64,000 nt of DNA. Source: a virus (Duplodnaviria; Caudoviricetes). Within the stretch, counting starts at the first letter, position 1. Every line of letters begins with the position of its first letter. The notes under the pieces were generated by a model, which was given only the letters and a program-made list of their open reading frames with translations, did no database searches and was not told where the DNA came from. Positions 18,822-28,456 of the stretch are shown piece after piece. The stretch lies in IMG/VR virus record IMGVR_UViG_3300031998_000072, positions 3,428-67,427 of that record; one strand, 5' to 3'. Position numbers and translations under genes: made by a program.

Positions 18822-20621
18822 TCAGCCCTGATTCTGAACAGACTTCTCGAGAACGATTGCAGAATAAGGCTTTGTAAGAGCACCTGAGCAACGTGTCTCG
18901 ATGAGATACTTCTGCTGGTTGTAGTCGATATCGAAGTCATCGAACATGCTGATAGCGCCACCCTTATCTGCACCAACATTATAGTCGTTAAGGTTGACGA
19001 TAATACCCATAAGAGTATTTGTATAAGTATTTCCACTCTTTGTAACCTGTCTTGTAAGGTTCTCCATTACAGGAACAGTAACAATCTTAGAAACGCGCAT
19101 TGCTGTAGCAACTTCAGCCTCAGTCTTATAAAGCTTGTGACCGATAGAGTCCTCAAGGAGGAGAATATCAGTAAGGTTGTCCTCTGTTGTGAAGAGAACA
19201 GGGTTGCCAGAACCTCTATAATCCTTTCTAGCCTTAATTGCTGCCTTAATGAAGTTCTTAGCTGTAGCATCGTCATCAGCACCAACTGTAACTTCCTTCT
19301 TGAGGCAGAAGAGATCAGCTTCCTTCCAGATAGGACGGATGTTGTCTTCATTGATCTTGTCATCATCAGAAGCAAGTCTTCCATCACCAACGAGAATAGC
19401 ACGAGCAATTTCCTCGTCGAGCATAACTCTCATCTCTGCCTTGATCCAAGCAACTACATCGAAATCCGTAATGTCGATAATGTCATCACGATCGAGCTTC
19501 TGCTTCTTATAGATTGTTGTAGGGGTTGTTGTTCTCTTAAGCAGTGAGAATACTTCCTCTTTCTTCAGGTTGCCCTTAATGTAACCCTTAGCCCTTGCTT
19601 CATCCTCAGTGATATCAGCAAACATGGACTTAATTCTTGAGAAAGGTGACTTATGAACTCCGCTCATGACTGTGGAGACCCACTCCATCTTTCTGGAAAT
19701 GAACTCGGGCTTATCTGTAAAGGTCTTAGCCTCAGGGAACAGCCAGTCAATGTCTTTAATACCATAATCATCAGCATGAGCAAGGAAAGAATCTCTAAGA
19801 GATCCGAACTTCTTACCATCATTGATGATGGTCTCGATCTGAGAATGTGTGAGCTCAGCCTGATCTGCAGCGCCCGTGTACTCTTCAGAATTGTCAAATA
19901 CGTTGTGCTTCATTTCTTTTTCTCCTTCATCTTCTGTTTCTTTTTCGCCACCCTTTTCGGCAGCAACTCCAACAAGGTACATCATTACCTTCTTCTGTTC
20001 TTCGTTCATTGTATCAATGACATCCTGAACAGTCTTTTCCTTTGCGCCAGAATCTTCGGCCATCTTCTTTTCCTCCTGTTTATCTTCGGATTCAGCGTGC
20101 TCAATAACTTCTTCATTTTCTTCCTCGGAATGCTCAATAGAATCCTCAACGTCTTCTGTTTCACCTCCAAGATTGTCGATGAAGTCATCGTTGTAGATAA
20201 CCGCCTCATCTGATTCACCATCTTCGCCATGAGCCATAGCAATATTGTCAATCATAGCTCCAGGATTTGCTCCTGCAATTACAAGACTGACTTCTCTGAT
20301 GGCGCCATGAAGAACATCACCAGACTTCTGCACAAGCTTATTAGCATAGATAGAAAGCTGGTTTACATCACCATGGAGGACAAGCTGCTTTGCCTGCTTA
20401 GCAGGTTCTGTCTCATTAAATGAGCAGTAAGCATACATTCCATCAGATTTCTCTTCAAGAAGTGCATGACCCAAAACATTCATCGGATCTCCATGCTGGT
20501 GCTGCCATACGAGAGGAACAACCTTTCCATTGCATTCCTTAAATGCACCTGCTCTGATAGTTCTACCATCCGAACACTTAAGATCATTCCTAGTGGCATA
20601 ACCACTAAAATCGTACTTCAT
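18822..20621 (-). CDS. prohead protease - major capsid protein fusion (HK97 fold)
   Basis: N-terminal protease (FSGYATRNDLKCSDGR...VPLVWQH...EVSLVIAGANPGA), acidic linker, C-terminal capsid domain (FDDFDIDYNQQKYLIETRCSGAL). Confidence 0.9.
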   Translation of the reverse strand: MKYDFSGYATRNDLKCSDGRTIRAGAFKECNGKVVPLVWQHQHGDPMNVLGHALLEEKSDGMYAYCSFNETEPAKQAKQLVLHGDVNQLSIYANKLVQKSGDVLHGAIREVSLVIAGANPGAMIDNIAMAHGEDGESDEAVIYNDDFIDNLGGETEDVEDSIEHSEEENEEVIEHAESEDKQEEKKMAEDSGAKEKTVQDVIDTMNEEQKKVMMYLVGVAAEKGGEKETEDEGEKEMKHNVFDNSEEYTGAADQAELTHSQIETIINDGKKFGSLRDSFLAHADDYGIKDIDWLFPEAKTFTDKPEFISRKMEWVSTVMSGVHKSPFSRIKSMFADITEDEARAKGYIKGNLKKEEVFSLLKRTTTPTTIYKKQKLDRDDIIDITDFDVVAWIKAEMRVMLDEEIARAILVGDGRLASDDDKINEDNIRPIWKEADLFCLKKEVTVGADDDATAKNFIKAAIKARKDYRGSGNPVLFTTEDNLTDILLLEDSIGHKLYKTEAEVATAMRVSKIVTVPVMENLTRQVTKSGNTYTNTLMGIIVNLNDYNVGADKGGAISMFDDFDIDYNQQKYLIETRCSGALTKPYSAIVLEKSVQNQG

Positions 20622-20647
20622 TAGGTTTTTCTCCTTTCATAGATTTA

Positions 20648-21913
20648 TTAAATTTGATTAATCGGAGTATTTCCAATAGAGTCGTCATTACCTGTAACAA
20701 CAGGATTGCTACCCGCCTCTTCTGGAGATTGATTAATATTCTTATTACTTAACTCATTAGCTCTCTGATCATTAACCGGCTTGTAACCAATAATACCTCT
20801 AACTTCGTTTGAAGAAAGAATCGCATTACGAGTAAACTTGTCAGCAATGTCGGCTATCTTATCTGTAGGAGTCATACTAAATGGATTACTAAAGAACATA
20901 ATAGCCTGATTCTGTGATCGAGCCGTCTTAGTTAAGAATTTTCTAGACATTTCTTCAATAATAGCTGAAACAATTGGCTCAATTGTTCTAGATTGGTAAT
21001 TCAACATCTCTTCAGGAGAAGCAGTACCGTCGAATACACCTTTTGTCATACCAAGCTGATTATAGAGCATTTCAGTAAGATACTGTATCTGATTAAACAT
21101 TGTATTCTCTACAGATCGATTCAGCTGTGTTATATGTTCTGTACCATCTGTATATGCAATACCATATTTAGAATTAGATAACTGTTCCTCAATGTCTTTA
21201 CGTCTACGTTCTGCTTGTTCTCTTCTAGCTTCAGTCTTTATTACATAAGGCAAACCAAGAATAAGATCAAGTTTGCCTGAGCCTGACTGTTCATCGACAG
21301 CATCAAGAAGATTTAACTTTCTAATAAGTCGCTTTGCTACTGAATTCGGTTCATTCATTACTGAATAAAGAGGATTTTCAATCAGAGCGACCATCTTTTT
21401 AGGAAGTATCTTTTCTTCATGCTTACCAGTTCTATCATTGTAAAGTTTTACCTTTACATGCTGTGGAAACCATTCAACAACACTACCAACTCTCATCGTC
21501 TGAATGTCATATGATCCAGTTTTAAGAGGATTTAGTGTAGTGTCTACCGGAACAATTACAACGCATCCTTCATCAAACATTGACATAACAACATCCTGAA
21601 TAAAAGCACGAGATGTTTGGTCAATATTTGCTTCTGTTGTAAGAGCATAATTAAGACCAGATTTAATTGTATCAACATAATGACCGTTTGCATCTGTTTT
21701 AACATGCTCTATATCAAGCTTTGCTACATCAATAGCAATTCGAGTATAGATAGCTGTTACAATTGTCTTTTCTGTTCCACGGGTCGGACGAAACATATCT
21801 GGTCGTCTAGTATTACTAGGACCAAGATCTATATAACGTTTATCCTCCGTAGGATCTTTGTTCATGAAGGCATTCCAAGAGTGCTTGAGCCTTTCACCAA
21901 AAGTCAATCCCAT
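20648..21913 (-). CDS. portal protein (HK97 family)
   Basis: SIVTAIY.RIAIDVA-like motif, KLDLILGLPY, NEVRGIIG; located upstream of the capsid gene. Confidence 0.9.
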   Translation of the reverse strand: MGLTFGERLKHSWNAFMNKDPTEDKRYIDLGPSNTRRPDMFRPTRGTEKTIVTAIYTRIAIDVAKLDIEHVKTDANGHYVDTIKSGLNYALTTEANIDQTSRAFIQDVVMSMFDEGCVVIVPVDTTLNPLKTGSYDIQTMRVGSVVEWFPQHVKVKLYNDRTGKHEEKILPKKMVALIENPLYSVMNEPNSVAKRLIRKLNLLDAVDEQSGSGKLDLILGLPYVIKTEARREQAERRRKDIEEQLSNSKYGIAYTDGTEHITQLNRSVENTMFNQIQYLTEMLYNQLGMTKGVFDGTASPEEMLNYQSRTIEPIVSAIIEEMSRKFLTKTARSQNQAIMFFSNPFSMTPTDKIADIADKFTRNAILSSNEVRGIIGYKPVNDQRANELSNKNINQSPEEAGSNPVVTGNDDSIGNTPINQI

Positions 21914-21919
21914 TTTGAA

Positions 21920-23050
21920 TTACCTTCCTTTATTTTTCTTTTTAACACTTGCTGGCAAATAACCTGCAATATTATTTGAATTTTTTCCTAATAAATCATT
22001 TAAAGCCTCATTTACTCCTGCTTTAACACCTTTTTCAGCTTCAGTCATTAATGTTCCTGTATGCGATTTTACTGTATTTACCGCAGCAGTGTATAATTTG
22101 TCTGCTGCTTTATTTCCAGAATTTGTTAATCTATTATAGAAATCTCTATTTATGTCATCTGAACTTCTAATTTTTGATGCATTAGAATCTTGAGATGCTG
22201 TACTTTTTTTAACTTCCCACTGTTGCCCTTTTATACCAGTTCCACTTGGTTTAGTTGACGATTCTTTTACATCATTTTTATTTCCACCAAACATTTTTTC
22301 AGCTCTTTCTTTTACATCTTTTAAATGTTTCTCCTGATATGCAACATTAGTTTTTAGTTCTCTTTCAGCAGCTTGAGAATTAAAATTACGAGCTTGAGCT
22401 TTTGTTAATGCAATATCTGCGGTCTTCTTTTCTATATCGAGTTTATTATCTTTATTTTCGAAAGCTTTTGAAACAACACTTTTAGTAATATCCGGTAAAG
22501 TTTTAACGGCCAAATCAGCAACAAATTTACCAGTTGGACCTTCAAAGAATCTATCAGCTCTAGCTAATGCACCATTTGGATTTGAAGCAAGTGCATACTG
22601 TTTATTATATTCGGCTTGTAATTTAAGACGATCGATTGCTCTTTGAAGTTCATCGTCAGACATGTTTTTTGTTTTTCCAAAACCATGTCCACCTGGTCTT
22701 CCTTGCCTATCTAATTTAGCATTTTCTTTTTTATTAAGTCTATCAAACTTTCCTTGCTCTTTTCTAGCAAGTCTCATTGTTTTAGCATTTTCTTTAATGC
22801 CATGTCTTTCTTCCTTAGCAGATCTAGTAGCTTTTTCTTTTTTTGCTCTAGATTTTAAATCTGCTTTGTACTTCTGTGTGTTATAAGAGATTTTTGCTTT
22901 TGACCGTTCATCTCCATAACCATAATGTTCTCTACCTTCTGGCGTTAGAGAACCATCTTCGTTTTGAAACCGACGATGCCCCCATCTTTGTCCAGGTATT
23001 CCCCAATGGTATAGCTCGTCATCGAAGACATAATTTGGCTGTTTACTCAT
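21920..23050 (-). CDS. HWG/KWG-tag (DUF7211-like) protein, Lys-rich, putative internal virion protein
   Basis: ELYHWGIPGQRWGHRRFQNEDGSLTPEG; KNMSDDELQRAIDRLKL. Confidence 0.7.
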   Translation of the reverse strand: MSKQPNYVFDDELYHWGIPGQRWGHRRFQNEDGSLTPEGREHYGYGDERSKAKISYNTQKYKADLKSRAKKEKATRSAKEERHGIKENAKTMRLARKEQGKFDRLNKKENAKLDRQGRPGGHGFGKTKNMSDDELQRAIDRLKLQAEYNKQYALASNPNGALARADRFFEGPTGKFVADLAVKTLPDITKSVVSKAFENKDNKLDIEKKTADIALTKAQARNFNSQAAERELKTNVAYQEKHLKDVKERAEKMFGGNKNDVKESSTKPSGTGIKGQQWEVKKSTASQDSNASKIRSSDDINRDFYNRLTNSGNKAADKLYTAAVNTVKSHTGTLMTEAEKGVKAGVNEALNDLLGKNSNNIAGYLPASVKKKNKGR

Positions 23051-23068
23051 TTATGTCCTCCTTATTTA

Positions 23069-23296
23069 TTATAATATAGGAGCATTAAAAAATCTATTAG
23101 TATCCTCTGCTATATTATACTTTCTTACTTGTCCATTATTCTTGCCTACAAGATAAAATGGATCTATTTCTTTATTTGGAGTATCTGTTTCAAATGCTAC
23201 AAATAAATAGTCTTTTCCATAATCTCTGCATTCTTTTACTGTCTTTATTGTTGGTAATTCTTTCTTTAATTTATTAAGTGCTTCTTCTTTAGTCAT
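23069..23296 (-). CDS. putative immunity protein for the adjacent papain-fold toxin
   Basis: 75 aa, directly downstream of the toxin; DPFYLVGKNNGQV resembles Imm35/YrhB-type motifs. Confidence 0.45.
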   Translation of the reverse strand: MTKEEALNKLKKELPTIKTVKECRDYGKDYLFVAFETDTPNKEIDPFYLVGKNNGQVRKYNIAEDTNRFFNAPIL

Positions 23297-23307
23297 AATA
23301 TTTCTCC

Positions 23308-24510
23308 TTATTTATACTTATTTACTGTAGACATTGAAATTCCAAGAAGTTTTGCAACCTCTTTTTGTGTTTTTCCAGAAGATATCAACGATTTTATTCT
23401 AGATTGCTTAGCTTCAGTTAGTATCATATTCTTAGAATCTTTTTTCTTATCTTCTTTAAAATCATACCACTTATTCTTAAACCTTCCTTCACTTTCCCAT
23501 TTATTTTGAAGTGCTATTGATGCTTGATCGTCTATTTCTTTTATTTTCTTTGAATACATACCATTAGCTATTCTTTGGCCAATTGCAATTCCAGCAAAAG
23601 GCATTCCAGTAACAGAGGTCAGTAACGCCGCACTTATTCCAATTACCCATGGTTCAACTTTAGCAGCTTTTAATTTTGCTGAATTATATTTTATATCACC
23701 TATTACATCCTCTGAATAAAATTTCTTTGCTTTTTCTTCATCAATCTTTAAATTATCAGATCTTAATGTTTCAACATTATTTGCATTCTTCATTGTTTGA
23801 TTAAAGAATTTTTTATCTGCTTTTACTATAGTACCTGGTTGCGAATCAACAAAATAAAGTTGGCCATTTTTAACTTCATAATTAAATATATGACCTCCGT
23901 TTCCGCCCTTCCAATCAACAGCAATAAAACCTCTAGTATTATCGCCATCGCTTAATAATTTATTAGTCATGTCATTATATTCATCTTTTGTCATACCAAT
24001 ACTCATCATTTTTGAACTTTCATTACTTCTAGTAGCAAAAGTTCTTGCATCTTTTGAAATTTTAGCATAATTTGGTATAACTCTTCCATATGCGCCTTTA
24101 GGATTTGATAGATATGCTTGAGCTCCTCTTAGTGATTCTTGCGCTCTTACATCATGCCCTCTTCTTCTAAGTTCATATGACATTGTACAAAAAGCACAAT
24201 TTACATTTCTATTCAAACCATATTCAAAACCTTTATTACCACCATTTACTTTTTGTATATCTTTTTGTATATCTTTAACAAACGCTTTATCGCCTTTTAT
24301 AGTACCGCCGGTTTTATATCCATAACCGCTAGATTCTTCAGATCTTCCAAATATTCTATCATCCCCAATTCTTCTACGGCGTTTTCCTTCCTCGGTATAG
24401 GTTCCATCTTCGAATTGGTATCTTCTTTCTCCCCACTTCTGGCCAGGGATGCCATAATGGATTAAATAAGTAGGATAATCAGACATTAATTTATTCCTCC
24501 TTAATTCCAA
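23308..24510 (-). CDS. DUF7211-tagged papain-fold (Tox-PL / Gln deamidase-like) toxin with C-terminal HTH (likely start 24486)
   Basis: YLIHYGIPGQKWG tag; NCAFCTMSYELRRRGHDVRA (Cys), GGHIFN (His), YFVDSQ (Asp); C-terminal GKTQKEVAKLLGISMSTVNKYK. Confidence 0.75.
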   Translation of the reverse strand: MELRRNKLMSDYPTYLIHYGIPGQKWGERRYQFEDGTYTEEGKRRRRIGDDRIFGRSEESSGYGYKTGGTIKGDKAFVKDIQKDIQKVNGGNKGFEYGLNRNVNCAFCTMSYELRRRGHDVRAQESLRGAQAYLSNPKGAYGRVIPNYAKISKDARTFATRSNESSKMMSIGMTKDEYNDMTNKLLSDGDNTRGFIAVDWKGGNGGHIFNYEVKNGQLYFVDSQPGTIVKADKKFFNQTMKNANNVETLRSDNLKIDEEKAKKFYSEDVIGDIKYNSAKLKAAKVEPWVIGISAALLTSVTGMPFAGIAIGQRIANGMYSKKIKEIDDQASIALQNKWESEGRFKNKWYDFKEDKKKDSKNMILTEAKQSRIKSLISSGKTQKEVAKLLGISMSTVNKYK

Positions 24511-25103
24511 TCACTTTTCCATTTTTTCTGATGTAACTTTTTATTCTTTACATCATATGAATAATCTATCTGATTATATTTGCTTGGTTTATCAAGTTCT
24601 GAATTAAAATCTCCAACTTCCCATAGTATATAATTTAAGGAATTCATATGCACGTCCATATATCTTTGAACCACTTTTTGCGCTTCTTCTCCAGTATCTC
24701 CATTTACTAATTTATTCGCGGTCGCCAATGAAGTATTTACATATTTTTTAATATCGTTAATTGGATTCTTTCCTTCTTTTCTTTTGCTAGCTGCATTTGA
24801 ATCATGATATTCAGTTGGATTTTTATCATTAAAATCAAATCTTTTACTAGCTCTAATATTTTCTTTAACTGAATTATACTTAGAAACCCTACTGCGATTC
24901 CCAAATGGATCTGTTTCTTTCTCAAATTTTTCGAGTTTCTTTTTATACTTGTCAGATTTTTCTGATTTATCTAAGAGATTAGCATACCTTTTTATACCTT
25001 CTGGTGTAAGTGTCCCATCCTCATTCTGAAAACGTCTTACACCCCATTTTTGACCCTGAATGCCATAATGTATAAGATATGAATGGTAATTCGATTCACT
25101 CAT
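24501..25103 (-). CDS. DUF7211-tagged protein
   Basis: YLIHYGIQGQKWGVRRFQNEDGTLTPEG. Confidence 0.7.
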   Translation of the reverse strand: MSESNYHSYLIHYGIQGQKWGVRRFQNEDGTLTPEGIKRYANLLDKSEKSDKYKKKLEKFEKETDPFGNRSRVSKYNSVKENIRASKRFDFNDKNPTEYHDSNAASKRKEGKNPINDIKKYVNTSLATANKLVNGDTGEEAQKVVQRYMDVHMNSLNYILWEVGDFNSELDKPSKYNQIDYSYDVKNKKLHQKKWKSDWN

Positions 25104-26848
25104 ACAAATGCCTCCCTATTAGCTTTATAAGCAACATAAGCATCCATTAATGCTGCGACATTATCGATTTTCTCGTCATGTCTTTGCTTAAAGAGCTTTC
25201 TGTTACCATTCGTATCTTCTAGCGTTATACAATTTCCCATTGTATAACTCATAATTTCTTGGTCGAAAATGAGCAATCTTTCTTCTGAAAGTTTCTTAAT
25301 TTCACCAAGAGGAACTGATTCTGTTCTAGCACCTTGTATAACTTTGGTCACTCCGAATGCTCCATTTTCTGCAGACCATCGTTCTACAAATCCTTGGGCA
25401 TTGTAAGGGTCAAATCCAAAACATCTTACATCATATGAACTATCATCAATAAACTTGTCAAGATCATCATAAACTTCCATCATGTCGAGAACTGTGCCCT
25501 CAAGTATTATAAGAGTTCCTTCATCAATAAACTCTTCATACTTAAGTCTAAGTGCTGCTGGAAGTTTACTAAGTGTTAGAGATGTTATATAACTTCTTGC
25601 CTTAATCCCAAATCGCTCTCTACTAAGAGGAAATAGAAAAGTAAATGCACAGAAGTCATCACCCTGTGAAAGGTCCGCTCCAAGTGCACATGGAAGATTC
25701 CAAAATTCCTGCTTTCTATGAGGCTTTGTCTCCTCGTAAGTGAAGAAGTATGTATAACCCTCCATAGGAATGTTAAATCTCTTTGCAAGAATGTCGTTTC
25801 TTGTCGATGGTGCCTGTTCGGCTCTCTCAACATCTAACTGATAGGTCTCATATGTAACCGTCTTACCAAGATTCGGATTAGCCTTAATCCACATCGAAGG
25901 GTCATTTATCTCCTTAATGTCATCAAGGGTATAATACCAAATCGATACATGCGGATTTACATATTGGCCTTTAAGAATGTCAAGCAATTCCATTTTGATG
26001 GTATCTCCAGGACCATTTCTTACCGTACCTTCTGAAGAGGTCGCAATAATGAGATAATCATCTAACTTCGAAGCGCCTTGCTCGATACAACCAATAACAT
26101 CTTCCTTAATATCTCCAGAAAGCCACTCGTCAACTGTAGCAATCTTACATCTCAAACCCTGCAATTTATCGATCGACATAGGTCTGATTTCAAGAATAGA
26201 GTTTGTAAGAAAGTTTTCAATACCTTTCTTTGTAGAAGCCAGCTTTTGACGATTTGCTTTAGAGCCTGTAGTATTTTGAAGTGAACCTTCAGTAAGAAAC
26301 TTAAACAAAGGTCCACGCGAACGCGCGATAGAAGTTCTAAACGGTGACATAACTTCTTCTGCCTGCTTCATTGTCGGCGCTACTGTAATCTGATGTGTAG
26401 TTGAAGTATCCACGCAAAGATAGAATGCCTGAATACAATAGTCATACATTGATTTTGCAGCACCTCTTGGAATTATTAGATACTGCTTATTTGTTAAGCG
26501 CTTCTTAATCATCTTCTTTTCGTAGTGGCCCTTAACTCCATTTGCAGGATCAGGCGGAATATAAACACTACGTTCTACAAAGTAATACCAACAGAATACT
26601 TGTTCTGCCCAGAGCTTAAATGTATCTAAGAGATGGAGATCATCTCCGTTTGTAAGTGTAAGTTCATTCTCACAATATTTTACAAATCCATCCATTGCGT
26701 GTTCGTCATAGTAAACGCCAGGATTTCTTATAAGATCGTCAATTCTATTCATCTCCATTGAGATATATCGATTGACTGCTATTTCTCCTCTCATTACAGC
26801 AGCTCTAAATTCACCGTAATATTTAGGAGTCGCTGTATTGGATAACAT
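25100..26848 (-). CDS. terL: terminase large subunit
   Basis: Walker A-like IIPRGAAKS, Walker B ATVDEW, nuclease GADLSQGDDF and KIDNVAALMDA. Confidence 0.93.
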   Translation of the reverse strand: MLSNTATPKYYGEFRAAVMRGEIAVNRYISMEMNRIDDLIRNPGVYYDEHAMDGFVKYCENELTLTNGDDLHLLDTFKLWAEQVFCWYYFVERSVYIPPDPANGVKGHYEKKMIKKRLTNKQYLIIPRGAAKSMYDYCIQAFYLCVDTSTTHQITVAPTMKQAEEVMSPFRTSIARSRGPLFKFLTEGSLQNTTGSKANRQKLASTKKGIENFLTNSILEIRPMSIDKLQGLRCKIATVDEWLSGDIKEDVIGCIEQGASKLDDYLIIATSSEGTVRNGPGDTIKMELLDILKGQYVNPHVSIWYYTLDDIKEINDPSMWIKANPNLGKTVTYETYQLDVERAEQAPSTRNDILAKRFNIPMEGYTYFFTYEETKPHRKQEFWNLPCALGADLSQGDDFCAFTFLFPLSRERFGIKARSYITSLTLSKLPAALRLKYEEFIDEGTLIILEGTVLDMMEVYDDLDKFIDDSSYDVRCFGFDPYNAQGFVERWSAENGAFGVTKVIQGARTESVPLGEIKKLSEERLLIFDQEIMSYTMGNCITLEDTNGNRKLFKQRHDEKIDNVAALMDAYVAYKANREAFV

Positions 26849-27189
26849 TATTCTTGCTCCTCACTTTGTCCATTATAACTACGCATAGCTGCAATAGCTC
26901 CTGCGTAAAGTTCATCAATTCTTTCCTGAGATTCAATAGCAGAGGTTTTAGCAACTACGAGTTTCTTCTGCTCTTCAAGAATCTCTTTCTCAAGTTTTTC
27001 CTTACTCGAACCAAGTTTTAAATAATGTGTAATAACTTGACTCGAAGCTGTTCCATTTCTAAGTTGTTGTTCCGCGAGATCGATAGCCAAAGATATCAGT
27101 TGGTTTTCCCTCGCTTCAGGTGTCATGACAGGAGGACTTTTAATCTCAGGCTGATCGTCAGGAACTTTGTTAATGTTTCTTCTTGCCAT
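26848..27189 (-). CDS. putative terminase small subunit
   Basis: Helical, 113 aa, coupled to TerL; TPEARENQLISLA.DLAEQQL..GTASSQVITHYLKLGS. Confidence 0.55.
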   Translation of the reverse strand: MARRNINKVPDDQPEIKSPPVMTPEARENQLISLAIDLAEQQLRNGTASSQVITHYLKLGSSKEKLEKEILEEQKKLVVAKTSAIESQERIDELYAGAIAAMRSYNGQSEEQE

Positions 27190-27354
27190 TTAAAGTCACT
27201 TCCAATCTTTACCTTTCATTTAGTTGCCTTTAGAGAAAGCAGTACAGCTTGTGTCATGTAAGCACTTAAAAACCTGACACAACTTGAAAGGAGCATGGCC
27301 CGCACCATAATTAGCCACAACTTTGCTATACTGCTCTCACTAAAAGCAACTAAA

Positions 27355-27526
27355 AAGTTTTGTAGGGTAAGGATTTGCACCTTACAGCATAACGATTATC
27401 TAGCCCACGTTAACCCGGTTTCAACCTAATCTAATAGGAAACACCAGCTCCTGTTTTATGAAACGTGTTCTCATACGTGAAAAGAACTCTGAGGCGCGTC
27501 TACCTATTCCGCCACCTACAAAACTT
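27355..27526 (-). ncRNA. tRNA-shaped RNA with ~85-nt insertion replacing the anticodon loop
   Basis: 12-bp terminal stem, Leu-type D arm GCG-GAATAGGTAGA-CGC, T arm GTAAGG-TGCAAAT-CCTTAC, variable-arm-like hairpin. Confidence 0.65.
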
Positions 27527-27539
27527 GATTATTCAGTTG

Positions 27540-27944
27540 TTAGTTTCGACTCATATGCTCAATCGCGCTGCGGTAGCTTTCACGCTCCTCTGGAGTACGT
27601 GCATTCATCATCATTTTGTTAAGATGATCAATCATTTCCTGTTTACCATCATCACGACTCGTATAACGACCCATCATATCCCTTCCTCTAGCATAAGAGT
27701 TAGGCTCTCTGTATCTGTCATATGAAGCACGAGTCATTGAGTAGTCCTCATCGTATCCGCGTGAATAGCCTCTCATCCAATCTTCTGGTTCATAGTTCTT
27801 CATCGCTTCTACTGTTTCAATGTCTTTTACAACATCGATCATTTCTCCGATAATGGCTACTTCATTAGGAGTCCAAGTTTCTTTCTTACAAAGTTCCTTG
27901 AGCTCATCTTCCATTCTATCTTTAATTTTGTAAATAATGTGCAT
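27540..27944 (-). CDS. hypothetical protein with R/G/Y/D-rich low-complexity centre (six-gene module)
   Basis: RGYSRGYDEDYSM...RGRDMMGRYTSRD between helical ends; RBS AGGAGG. Confidence 0.75.
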   Translation of the reverse strand: MHIIYKIKDRMEDELKELCKKETWTPNEVAIIGEMIDVVKDIETVEAMKNYEPEDWMRGYSRGYDEDYSMTRASYDRYREPNSYARGRDMMGRYTSRDDGKQEMIDHLNKMMMNARTPEERESYRSAIEHMSRN

Positions 27945-27961
27945 ATATGCCTCCTCCTTTC

Positions 27962-28456
27962 TTAGGATTGTCTCTTCTTAATAGAGACGCTTCCATCTAT
28001 AATGTTTATAGAAGGAGTTGGCGTAGTTGTGCCATCAGTTACACCGCTGACATACTCTACAGATGCCGTTATGCAGCAGCATCTAGGTACATCGATTGTT
28101 GCTCTGCTTGTTACATTACCATACTCGTCTACTGCAGCAGGAGTAAGAATAGATCTACTACCTTGCTGAGTTTCTCCAGCAATGACAACTGCTGTCGCGA
28201 TAGGACCAACAGTACCACCAGTAGGAATGGCAATATTACCAGTGAACTCTACATCATATGTAGATACGCATTCACCTTTGCCTCTAAGAATAAAAATTCC
28301 AGATCCATTTTGATGGATTACATTACCATTTGGGCACGGATTAAGATCGAGAAATGGAATAGCAGTATTAAGAGCAACAGATTCAACTGTATCTCTTGTT
28401 AAATAATCTGCCATAGCGGTCACCTCACTTAGCCGCAACCACAATTGTTGTTGCAA
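27962..28456 (-). CDS. beta-sandwich protein, BclA-CTD-like (six-gene module; likely start at MADYL)
   Basis: All-beta pattern with CCC; RBS GAGGTG before MADYL. Confidence 0.6.
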   Translation of the reverse strand: MQQQLWLRLSEVTAMADYLTRDTVESVALNTAIPFLDLNPCPNGNVIHQNGSGIFILRGKGECVSTYDVEFTGNIAIPTGGTVGPIATAVVIAGETQQGSRSILTPAAVDEYGNVTSRATIDVPRCCCITASVEYVSGVTDGTTTPTPSINIIDGSVSIKKRQS

